Positions 29,385 through 40,373 of a stretch of 64,000 nucleotides of DNA are shown here, piece after piece. The stretch covers positions 7,618,642-7,682,641 of the forward strand of contig MU056960.1 of assembly GCA_013239625.1 (NCBI GenBank), written 5' to 3'. The first letter of the stretch is position 1; the number at the start of each line of letters is the position of its first letter. The DNA comes from Lama guanicoe. Taxonomy: Eukaryota. The position numbers and the translations under genes are program-made. Below the pieces are notes generated by a model. It was not told where the DNA came from and searched no databases. It was given only the letters and a program-made list of their open reading frames with translations.

Positions 29385-32300
29385 GTCACCGATTTGCGTT
29401 TGAACGGTAGGCGGAGAGCCTCCAGAGGCTCACAGCTGGACGAGGTATTTGTTGGTGATGCCTCACCCATTTTTAATGCCGGCGGCGGGGCGGCAACCTT
29501 TTACACGGGACAGGTGTATCCAAGGAGTGAGCCTGTCTAGTTTCACTTCATTGCGGTGGGAGTGGTCAGAAGTACCTGCTAAGGCCACATCCAAACTGGC
29601 TGAAATGCCTGCTTGTCCTGTGGAAGAGTTCTGAGATAAACCCAGTCCCTGGGAACGAGTTTTTGGATGGGAGTTTCCCTGAAAATTGGGATCAGGCTTT
29701 GGATTTATATGATTGTGATATTCATGAAGAGCCTTTACAATTTGACTTAAAGTTGTCACGTATTGAGCAAGGTAGTGACCCTCAGCATCTGTTAGTAAAT
29801 CTGTTTGGAGGAAAGGCCTGCCATAAAGGAGCTCAAAAGGGCTTAAATGAGATTCAGCCTTTGGAGCAATTTGTGTTCGTAACAAAGCAGTACAGAGAAG
29901 GGTGGGCTGGGACTGCTGAGTTTCTTGCATAACCTTTGTTAGGATTCTTTTTATTGTTTGGTTGGCTCTTTCCACTTTACCAAAGGACTGGGAGTGCCAT
30001 GCGGCAGGTAAGTGATGTTCAATTTGTAGGGCTTCTGCCACCCCTTAAGTTATTTGAGAAACAAAATTTGGGTGATTGTCTGATTGGAAGGAGCAGGGTA
30101 GGCCGAAACAGGGAGTAATACGATCCAGCAAAGCAGTAGTTACTTCTGATGCCCTATTTTTGTGGGGAAGGCTTCAATCCATCCTGTGAAAGTCTCTATA
30201 AATACCAGGAGAACATGGGGAGTATAGCTTATTGGTAGAGTGAATGCCTAGCATGCATGAGGTCCTGGGTTCAATTCCTAGTACCTCCATTAAATAAATA
30301 AATAAACCTAAGTACCTCCCCCCATAAAAAAAATACCAGGAGATATTTTAGGGTCTTACATGGAGGCATATGGGTGAAATCTATTTGCCATTCCTCTTCT
30401 GGTACCTCTCCAAGGGTACCTTTCCTCTGAACTGGGTGGAGAGGTGGTGGCCTAACATTTCCTTCATTGTTGACCTGACAAGTTGGACGTGCATGGGAGA
30501 TGTCCCGTAGGGTTTGAAAAATTCCCTTTCCCACAAAAAGAGGTTGTATTAAGTCCTGTAGGTTCTTTGCCCCTAAGTGGGTAGATTGGTGGAGATTTTG
30601 TAACACTTTCCATTATAAGGCCCTCAGGAGTAATAATTATACACTTGGGGCTTTTAAGCCATTTTTCTCCAAGATTGAAGGTAAACCCCACTTTTGTTGC
30701 CTCTTGAATTTCTCTCTCAGTATACTGAGGAGCCATTAGTGTAAAAGTTGGAAATAAAGTTGCCTGTATAGGAAGTCCTGCTGCCTCTCTGGACTGTCTG
30801 CTTTGTGATTCCCTTGGGAAATCTCATCAGTTACCCTTTGATGTGCTTGACAGAGAATCACTGCCACCTTTGTGGGAAGATAATGGCTTCTAACAAGTTT
30901 AAGATTTCTGAAGCATGTCTAATGGGTGTATTTTGTGCTGTGAGAAGACCTCTTTCTTGCCAAATGGTGGCATGTGCATGAACAACATGAAAGGCATACG
31001 ATGAATCAGTGTAAATATTTAACTTCATTCCTGGCCCAAACGTAAAGCTCGAGTGAGAGCTATGAGTTTAGCCTTTTAAGCAGAAGTGGAGCCTCCCGGA
31101 AGGGGCCCTGACTCTATACCTTTGGTAAGACTTACAATGGCATAACCAGACAATCAAACCCCATTTAACATAAAACTACTGCCATCAGTAAACCAGGTGT
31201 CGTCAGGGTCCTGGAGCAGTTTATCCTGAAAGTCTGGTCTAGCCGCACAAGTTAAATCTAGTATCTCAAGGCCTGAGTGTTTTATAGAGGAGTTACAATT
31301 TGGATTAGGAAGGAAAGAGGCGGGGTTAAGAGTTTGACACAGTTTAATACTAAGTACAGGAGTCTCTAAGAGTAGCGTTTGATATTTGGTGATCTAACCG
31401 TCAGAGACCCAGTGAGAAGCCTTTGAATTTAGAATATCCATTACTTGGTGGGCCGTATAGGTAGTTAATGGTTGTCCCAGAGTCAATTTGGATGCCTCTT
31501 CGACTAACAGGGCCACAGAGGCTAGAGCTCTGAGGCAAGGGGGCCATCCCTGGGACACAGGGTCCAAATTTTTAGAGAGGTATGCTTCAGGTTGCTGGGT
31601 GGGTCCCAATGCTTGTTTAAGAACTCCCGGGGTGACATGTACAAACAGGATACAGGGCTTTTGTAGATTAGGCAAAGCTAAAGCTGGGGCGCTGTAAGAG
31701 TCTGTTTGAGAATTTGCAATGCTTGGTCCATCTCAGGGGTCCATTCTAATGGCTCATTTTCTGGATCCCATAAAGCTTCATAGAGCGGCTTTGCTATGAG
31801 GCCAAATTGGGGTATCCAGGTCCTACGAAATCTTGCCATTCCCAGGAAAGATCTGAGTTTTGTTTAGTCGCTGGAGTCCCCATGTCTAAAATTAGACTTT
31901 TTCTCTGGACTGGCGAACTCTTCATTCCTAGGTTTCTATGAGGCCCAGGAACTGTACCTTCTGAGTTGAAATTTGGGCCTTAGAGAGAAACTTTATACCC
32001 ACATGAGGTTAGTTTCTGTCATATCATTATAGTGAGAAGTCAGAAGAATCTTTATGAGGACTATATATTAGGAGGTCATCTACATACTGAAGTGAGGCAC
32101 CACCCGGAGAAAACTAAGGTAGAGAGATCTTTAGCTAGAGCTAAAGATCCGAATAAATGGGGACTGTCTCTAAATCCCTGGGGCAGAACTGTCCAAGTTA
32201 ACTGTTGGGATACTTGGGTTTCTAAATCCTGCCATTAGAAAGCAAAAATAAATTGAGAGTCAGAGTGTACAGAGATGCAGAAGAAAGCATCCTTAAGGTC

Positions 32301-32740
32301 TAACATGGAGTACCAAGAGGCCTCAGCAGGAATTTGTCCCAGGAATATAAAATGGTTTGGCACAATGGGATGTATGGGTATCACAGCCTCGTTGATGGCC
32401 CTGATATCTTGTACCATCCTGGATGTCCCATCAGCCTTTTTCACAACTAGGATCGGGGTGTTGCATGGAGAGTTACAAGAACGCAACAATCCAGTTGCAA
32501 GGAATTTGGTGATTAAGGGCTGGAGGCCCCTCCAGGCCTTGGGCTTAGGAGGGTATTGAGATTTTCAAGGTAAAAAGGTAGGATCTTTTCATTGAATTCG
32601 TACAGGTTTTGCAAAAAGGGACCTCCCTGGGGTTGTTATGTCCCAGACCTCCAGAGACTTGTTGGTAAATAGCAAAAGGTATCTCTTGTGGGCCCTGAGC
32701 CAGGGCTAATAAAGGACAGACACACTCTGGCAAGTGGAGG
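29385..32740 (-). pseudogene. pol: ERV pol remnant (RT, RNase H, integrase) with multiple stops and frameshifts
   Basis: SPCNTPILVVKK, LDLKDAFFCI, TWTVLPQGFRDSP, LQYVDDL (YVDD 32086-32075), AYLSKNLDPVSQGWPPCLRALA, WFTDGSS, IYTDS, LHQSTHLG, WQIDFTHMP, GKVERANQTIK, SPFELLYGRPF, WIHLSRVK, SCEPLEALRL. Confidence 0.95.
30217..30330 (+). mobile_element. tRNA-Ala-derived SINE (vic-1-like) inserted in the ERV integrase
   Basis: GGGGAGTATAGCT..GGTAGAG..GGTCCTGGGTTCAATTCCTAGTACCTCCA head, A-rich tail, 13-bp TSD AAATACCAGGAGA (30200-30212 / 30331-30343). Removing it restores integrase KYLLVF|IETFTGWIEAFPT. Confidence 0.93.
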
Positions 32741-33040
32741 CTGGCCTAAAGCTTAGTCATAATAGTTCTCCCTAATAAGGGGGTGAGGCATTCAGGGAGA
32801 ACAAGAAAGGCATGAGTAAAAGTAAATTTTTCAAGAGTACAAACTAACAGTGAGGTCAAACAGCCAGTTTGTGGATGGCCATCTATCCTGGTAAGGAGGA
32901 TCCAGGACCGAAGTGTTGGTCCAGAAAAACTAATTAAGGTGGAGTAAGTGGCTCCAATATCAACTAGAAATTGGACGAACTTTCCTGCCTATCCAAGGTC
33001 TCCCAAGGCTCTGCCATTGAGATGGAAAGCATGGGAGCCT
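32740..33040 (-). pseudogene. pro: ERV aspartic protease remnant
   Basis: Minus strand VQFLVDIGATYSTLISFSGP (active-site DTG degenerated to DIG, ~32976-32917) and FTHAFLVLPECLTPLLGR. Confidence 0.85.
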
Positions 33041-33049
33041 GCACGGCCT

Positions 33050-34495
33050 CTGGGCTCTGTCTGTCCCAGAAGAGTCATCTTCCCCCTCGCTGTTATCTGG
33101 CTCCTCATAATCAAGGAACAGAGTTGGGGGCATCTGTTGGTTTCTTACAGGTTTAGCCCCAGGAGCGCCCTGGGGCAGGGTGTCATCCTTGGCACAGGTT
33201 CTTGGCTCTGGGATGGCCCTCCTGCAAGAGGGAGAGAGGGACATCCCGCCTTCAGTGTCCCTTTTCCTTGCAGACAGGGCAGGGCCCCCAAGGAGCTCTA
33301 GAGTCTCCTCGCAGATGTGCAGGCTGTTGGCAGTGGAAACAGATGGGGGCTTGTCCTGGAGGAGGCTCCCTCTGGGAAATGCTGGCTCTCGTTACCCGGC
33401 TCAGGTGGTGCTGGCAGGACACTAGCAGTGACGGCGGCCATGTATTTATCTTGCCGTTTGTCCTTTTCTTTTTCTTTTCTCTCCTGTTCAACCTTTGATT
33501 TCTCCTCCCTGTTGTTAAAGACCTTAAAGGCCATATCTAATAGGACAGGAAAGGGAGTTTGTGGGCCCTGTTCAAGCTTTTGAAGTTTTTGTCTAATGTC
33601 TGGGGAGGCCTGACTAATGAAATGAACTGCTGGTATCGCAAGGCCCTCTGCACTTTCAGGATCAAGATTAGCATATTTTCACACGGCCTCTGCCAGCCTG
33701 GAGTGGAAGAGGGCTGGATTTTTGTCAGGTGTCTGAGTAATCTCTCTCGGTTTGGTATAATTAATAGAGTTATTATGGCCTTTTTCATTCTTTCTAATAA
33801 ACAAGTAGTCATATGATTACAATATGTTTTCCAGGGGGTCCCTTTCCTGATATGTCCAGTGGGGATCGGAGTCAGGGACTGATTCTTTTCCAGACCTAGA
33901 TGTGTCTTCAGTGTCAGGATTTTGGATGGCTCGAGTGTGAACCTCGTCAGCCCAGCACTGAGCCAAGGACCAAATGCGAGCTTTTTCTTCCTGAGTACAA
34001 GTGGAGAAAATGACAAATATATCCTGCCAGGTCAAATCAAAGACTATAGTGAGAGCTTGAAATTCTTGTATAAAGCGAGAAGGGTCCTGGCTAAAAGAGC
34101 CCAACCTGGCTTGGAAAGGGACATGGACCTGAATGGTACCTGCCTCGCCATTAGCAACCTCACGAAGGGTCAGCACGTTATCTTGTTTTGAGACTTCTGA
34201 GATATTCATCTTAACTGGGGGTGTTGGTTCTGTCGTGTCTTAAATACCTGATCTAGTATGTGGTGGGGGAAGGGGGCTTGATACGGAGGGGGAACTGAGA
34301 ATGGGGATGGGCATTCAGTGGTCGCTGGACCCAGGGAGAGAGAGACTGGGGAAGGAGAGGAAGCTGTTGGAGGAGTCCCAGGGCTGGGCCGGTTGGAGGA
34401 GGAGACAATGAAGGACATAGAGGAGACTGGTTGTTGTTAGGAACCCGAGAAAGGAGGGGGTCATCTAGGATATCAAGTTGGTTGTTAGATATCAA
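33050..34495 (-). pseudogene. gag: ERV gag remnant (PPPY late domain, capsid, two zinc knuckles), frameshifted
   Basis: ORF fragments: SVPPPYQ; LREVANGEAGTIQVHVPF..LGSFSQDPSRFIQEFQALTIVFDLTWQD; MAFKVFNNREE; CFHCQQPAH and CPVCKEKGH*. Confidence 0.9.
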
Positions 34496-35061
34496 AGAAG
34501 GTGGGTTTCCTAAAAATCAGGTGAGAGCAAGAAGAGGAAAGTTTGTATTGGGTCAGAGTGTAGGTCTCATGGGAAGGGCTTTCCAGTACTTTCCACTCGA
34601 CCAGCCTTACCCTATTACGTGTCTGGGGCTGACCAGGAGACAGGGTCCTGGGTGTCTCAATGCACCAGATGACCAGTTCTTATGTGTGCTTTCCCCGACA
34701 AGACACAAAGTCCCTTTGACCCAGGCATGGGATATGTAGTAGCAAGGAGTAAAGGAGTAGAGGTATTTAGAAAAGACATTTCCTGTGTGCATTCATGGCT
34801 GAGGGCCAGGGGGTCAGTCCTGCCTGTCAGACCGAGTTTTAGAGCCCGCTGAGAGTCGCCCAGCCAAAGTTCCTCAATTCTCTCGGCAAGACTTAGGGCA
34901 AGTCCCAAACGCCAGGGAGTGGCAGAAAGGAAAGTGTGAGAGAGGAAAGGAAAGCAAAAAGGGAAAAGGGAAGCCCGCCTTGACGATCTGGCCTCCAGAA
35001 TGGAGCTTCCAATCAAGCCAGAGGGAGACCCCCGTAAGGAGGGGAGAGAGGAGAAAGAAAG

Positions 35062-35079
35062 TCCCCATGCGGGCCGTCA
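35062..35079 (-). other. Primer-binding site, tRNA-Ile(AAU)-like
   Basis: Minus strand TGACGGCCCGCATGGGGA, 2 nt after the 5' LTR; 14/18 match to TGGTGGCCCGTACGGGGA (complement of the tRNA-Ile AAU 3' end). Confidence 0.7.
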
Positions 35080-35081
35080 AA

Positions 35082-35632
35082 TGTTGGGGGACACGGCAGG
35101 CAGTTTCATGGGCAGTAAAAGAATTTACCAGAGACAAAAGACAGTTTAAGAAACAAAGGAAAAGTTTAATAGATACGCTGCTCTAGGCAACAGCAGGACA
35201 CACAGACGAGAGGTGTGAGCGCTGAGGGGTGAAGGTGCAGGGTCTTTTATTGGGTGGGAGGGGCTGTGAACACAAGGGGCAGGTGGGCTGCATGATCAGT
35301 TTGTGCACAGCTACCTGATTGGTTGTAAGACTTGTCAGGGGCTACTCTGAGGAAAGGACTTTACGGCTCTCATAAGGGCAGATGCGCCGTGAGGCCTGTC
35401 TGCCTAGGGTGTTGTGAGACTGGCCATTTTCTGGGGGTGGTTAGTTTTGTTAAGATAAACACACGTCAAGGGAGATGTTTTCATCTTGCAGAAATGCAGG
35501 TATGTGGAGGGTCCTGAAGTGGGGGGTGGGGGTTAAGGGTGCCAGTGGGCCCCAGGCACATGGAGAGCCCAGGAGTGGGGGTTCTATGGACTTCGGAGTA
35601 GCTTTAGAGAACGCCGGCCAGCCGGCTCCACA
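35082..35632 (-). mobile_element. ERV 5' LTR (551 bp)
   Basis: Direct repeat of 26779-27324; followed on the minus strand by the PBS. Confidence 0.95.
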
Positions 35633-35660
35633 AACTATACATCAATTTAAAAAAAAAAAG
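35633..35660 (+). mobile_element. L1 3'-end fragment, right part with poly(A)
   Basis: Continuation of the L1 tail after the TSD: AACTA TACATCAATTT A(n). Confidence 0.8.
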
Positions 35661-37299
35661 AAGGAAGTTAGGAAGATTGAAAGAAAACTTTTCTCTTTTC
35701 TCCATGCACTCAGTCACCAAAGCTAGTCTGTTTTCTACCTTCAGTATTTCTAGAATGAATTTTCTTCTCTTTTTGAACTCTTCCCTTCTCAACCATAACC
35801 ATCTCAGCAGCTTCTTTTTTGGGCTCTCTGTCCTCTATCTCTTTTACTTCTCATCAACATTCCACACAGAGTATCCTTGGAATTAGCCAAATGCTTCCCT
35901 TGCTCAACAGCCTTTGAAGACTCCTGGGGTCTTAGGATAAAATCCAAGCCTGGTAAGTTGACTGGAGCCTAATTTATAGTCATCATTACACCCTCTTTCC
36001 AATAAACCTGCCACATATATGGGGAGTCTGGACTTTATTCTGAGGGCAAGAAGTTCTTGGGGATTTATAAGCCAGGAATTGACCCCGTTAGATTTGCATT
36101 TTCTAAAACTCCCCCTAGCTGATGTGTGGCGGTGAGAAGGTTGGAGGGAGGCCAGAGATCAGCAAGGAAAGTGTTCATTCACTCATTCATCAAATGTTTA
36201 TTTACTACTGCTTGTTTACTGGGCACTGTACTGGGTGCTGGGAAAATAATAGGGGACAGGAAAGACAAGGTTCCTAATCTCATGGAGCTCTGATTCAAGT
36301 CTTGGGGTCACAGGAAGCTATAGGGAGACAGGTAATAAATAAGTTAACCAATACACAATTTCAGATGGTGAGAAGTCTCTAATGTGATCTAATGGTGGAC
36401 AGATGATAGAGGCAGCTACCTTACACAGGGTGGTCAGGGAAGGCTTCACTGAGGAGGTGACTTCTGAGCCAAGGTTTGGGTGGGGAAAAGCTTGCTGTGT
36501 TCAAGTAAGATCATGTTTAGTTTTGTAAGAGATTGACATGCCCTTTTCCCACGGTGGATATACCATTTTACATTCCCATCAGGAATACATGAGAAACTGT
36601 TTCTCCATCTATTCACCAGCATTTGGTGTTACCAATCTTTTAAAATTTTAATTATCCTGGTAGTGTGCAAATAGGAAATTTGCATTTCCCTGATGGCTAG
36701 TAATGCTGACTATCATTTTTCGCACACTTATTTGCCATCCATGACATCACTGAAATCTCTATTGGTGTCCTTTGCACATTTTCAAATAGGATTGACTCAG
36801 AAGATTTTAAGGCAGGATGAGACATGGTCTATGTTTTACAAAGATCACTCTAATTGCTTTGAGAATTAACTAAAGGGGCTAAAAGGCGACAAAAGGGGAG
36901 CAGGAGTCAGTGTGGAAGTTCAGGAGAGAGATGATGGGGACTGCAGTTGGGTATCAGCGCTGGAGATGAAGAAAAAGGGACCCATTCTGGAATATCCAGT
37001 CCTTTGGAGGTAAAGCTCACACGACAGGAGGACACGAAAGATCCAAGGACTTCCAGGCTCCTGGAGTGTACTTTACAGGGGGAGAAATGGATTTGGGGGA
37101 AGGCGAATCAAGGTTCTAGACTTAAGTTTGAGTTGCCAGTCACCGTTCAAGAGGAGGTATCAGGTCAGCTGTTGGAGGGAGGGGTCACAGATGAGAGCTT
37201 GACCTAGGGCAGTCAGTGGCCGAGAGAGGAATGGAGGGATTTGTGAGGCACTCGGGGGCGGGGGGGATTAGCAGGAATCGGTGACTGGTTGAGTATCAA

Positions 37300-38150
37300 A
37301 GGAGGGGTGGGGACCTGGAAGTTTGACTGACTACGCGGGGACCCAGACCCAGGCGCCCAGAAAAGTGAAGTGGACCCAGCAGCCCTGCCCCGAGGGACGC
37401 TCCACGAGGCGGAGGAACAGGGAGGCCAGACCACAGTTCGCTGTAATGTGAGCCAGGCTTCGGCGGAAGGGCTGCCAGGGACTGACCAAGAGGCCGGCTC
37501 CGGGGCTCGGGAGAGACCGCGAGAACCTCGCCTTCCTTAGGTTGAGGCCGGCGGGTGTCCTGAGGAAGTGTAATTTGAGCAGAGCTCCCAGGTCACGTGG
37601 GGACGCCAGAAAGCCTTTGATGAAAAAACTTGTTCATGGTTTGAAGGACAGGCGTTCTTCTCGAACAGCGCTACCCAGTGAAGAAGACGGGGAGGGGCGG
37701 GGCCTGAGACCGAGGCCAGACGTCGACTCGGAAATCTCCGGCCGAGGCTTGGCCATCTCTCCAACTCCGGCCTCAGCCTCGAGCCCAGGACCCATCCGGA
37801 AACAGCCGAGCGGATCCGGAAACGGCCGAGAGGACCCGGAAGCGGTGAGCGCCGTCACCAGGGAGTGCGGGAACCCGCCGTTTGCGCGGAGGCGATGGCG
37901 GCAGCTGCGCCGGCGGCCGCGGGCGAGGATGACCGGCGGAGGCAGCCGGGAGCCGGTACGTGACGGTGCGTCCATGCACGCGAGGGGCTGCGAGACCGGA
38001 GGCGGGGCCGAGCTCGGCACTGGTGGCTGGGGGATGGTGAGGGGAGTCTGGAAAAAGGGGCGGGACCAAGCCCCGGCAAAGAGCCGGAGGGGGCGTGGTC
38101 TTTCGATTCCAGGGGGTGGGCCAGTGGCAGGTTAGAGGTGGGGCCCTCTG
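37300..38150 (+). promoter_or_regulatory. RABEP2 CpG-island promoter
   Basis: CpG-rich; three CCGGAA ETS/GABP motifs (37796-37841), GC box GGGGCGGGG (~37694), GTCACGTG E-box (37592-37599). Confidence 0.85.
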
Positions 38151-40338
38151 AGGGAGGGGAGGGGCCTGGTGGATAAGGGGCGGGGCCACTGGAAGGGAGG
38201 GGGTCGTATCAGAGAAAAGAGGGGATTGGGTGAACCTAGGGAAAAAGAGGCGGGGCTCTAGGCAGCAGACAGTGTAGCTAGATGAGGAGGAGGTGGGGAA
38301 GGGGCGGGGATAGATGAAGGTGCAAGGACCATGGCTGCAGTACTTAGTTGCAGGATTTGCAGATTTGGGAATATTGGGGATCCGAGAGTGATGAGCAAAC
38401 AGGCTGATCTCTGTCCTCCACAGTGCTGGGTCCCCAGCCCCAGGATGGGGCAGAAGTTGAAGCTGAGTCAGGGGAGCTCGGCCGGCTTCGGGCTGAGCTG
38501 GCAGGCGCCCTGGCAGAAATGGAAACCATGAAGGCCGTGGCCGAGGTGAGCGAGAGCACGAAGGCTGAGGCTGTGGCTGCAGTGCAGCGGCAATGCCAAG
38601 AGGAGGTGGCCTCCCTGCAGGCCATCCTGAAAGGTGAGGCAAGCGCTCCTCCCAGGCTCCCTCGGCGCCCTAAGTGGGAGTGCATAACAAGGAAGGGGTC
38701 ATGGCAGATAAGCTATGGGTAGGTTAGCAACGTTGCCTGGCACCGAGCAGGCCCAGGGGCTGAGAGGAAGAGGCGCCCTTTTCTGATTTACATAGAGGTG
38801 CTGCCTGTGCTAGCAGCAACTCTGTCAATTCCAGCTAAGTTTAGCTTGGAGCTTCTACCCATTCCCTGGCCCCCTGTCACTTCTTGTCCCTTACTGATGA
38901 CTGATCAACCCTGAAAGTGAGCAACTTCTCAGTTCCTTGAGAGCTCATTTGAGCCTCTGGCCAGCATACTCAGCCCTTGGCCTAGTCTCTAAGTCTAATT
39001 GGTTTCCTTTCTTCCCCAGCACCCCTACATCGACACACACCCTCCCCACCCACATGCATAGATTTCCCTCCATCACATCCTCTGTACTGGGCTGCATCAG
39101 CACCCCTCGCCCCAGATCCCCCAGCTTCTTTTCCTATTTCTCCCTCCTCCTCTGGTCAGAGGCCAGAGCCTCTGAAATAGCTTCCAGTCCCATCCCACCC
39201 CTTCGCTTCCACTGCCTCTGCTGTAGCGAAGCTCTCGTCAAATCCCCTGGACTGTTGCCCCAGCCTTCTTACAAGGCTCCCTCTATAGTCTGACCTTGAC
39301 ATTGGCTTCCAGAGTGGACATCCTACAGTTCCCATCCCACCATGTCATTTCCCTTTCTAACAACCACTCTTGGCTCCAGACTTATCTGGGGTCATACTTC
39401 CCACATTCCAGGCATCCACGTAGCACCTGTGCGACATGGTTGTCTCCTTTTATGACTTACCCTGTTGTCTACTTAATATTTGTTCTTTGAATAGATCCAC
39501 TTTTATAAAACGTATATACCTTTATTTTAAAGGAAATTTTCTGTCCCTACAAGAAACAGTATTCTAAATAACAATAATAATAATTTTAGTAACTAACATT
39601 TATTAAGCACTTACTATATGCCAGGCATTGAGCTAGATGCTTTATGAGTACTTAATCTTCATAGCAATCTCTCTAAGTAGGAACTATTATCTGTCTCTAC
39701 TTTACAGAGGAAGCTCTGAAGCCCAGAGAGGTTAGATAACTTACCTAAGGTGATACAGCTAGAAAGTAGCAGAAGATTTAAATCTAGGCACTCTGGCAAC
39801 AGAACCTTTACTTTTAATGTTAGTACATGCTAAAATTAATAACTATGCAAATGAAAACTGACCATGTTCCACCCACCACCACCTCTACCTCCCGCTGACC
39901 TGTAAGATAAATTCCAAACTCCTTGGCATGGCATTCAAAGCCTTGGCAGCCATGCACTGCCACCCTCTCCACCTCTCCCAGCATCTCCCTGTGCACCTTC
40001 ACTCCAGATCTTCCAACATGCTCACTGCACCCCAGCCACACCATCCACTTTCCCACCTCTGAAACTTTGCTCCTGTTACTTAATGTGTCCTTTCTCTCCT
40101 TCACCACTTGCTAGTGTCTCTCCTGGCCAGGGAGGCAGAGTGAGGGGCTCCTTCCTTTGGGATCCACAAGCCTAGGAAAGGTCCTCTCACAGCTCTTCCC
40201 CTGTTGCTTCGTAACTATTTCCCTGGCTGTCGTCCTCATTGGACTGTGGGCTCCTGGTGTCAGGGTTTGTATTTAATCAATTTCTCTATTTCCAGAGCCC
40301 AGCTCAGAGTCTGGCCCAGAGTAAATATTTATGACTAT

Positions 40339-40373
<35 letters not shown>

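Larger units (their letters stand above)
26779..35632 (-). mobile_element. Near-full-length class I (gammaretrovirus-like, ERV1) endogenous provirus, coding-defective
   Basis: Two ~550-bp direct repeats with TG...CA ends (26779-27324, 35082-35632), 5-bp TSD AACTA (26774-26778 / 35633-35637), PBS next to the right LTR, PPT next to the left LTR, and gag/pro/pol/env remnants on the minus strand. Confidence 0.97.

Noticed and set aside
33065-33115. ERV gag-end peptide DYEEPDNSEGEDDS resembling CD19 [10 protein letters not shown]
   Set aside because: Only a ~6-7 residue acidic match with an uncertain reading frame and no extended nucleotide similarity; most likely chance rather than CD19 capture. 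A family consensus would settle it.
37773-38642. 289-aa - strand ORF
   Set aside because: Antisense to RABEP2 exons 1-2 in a GC-rich island; low-complexity Pro/Arg composition.
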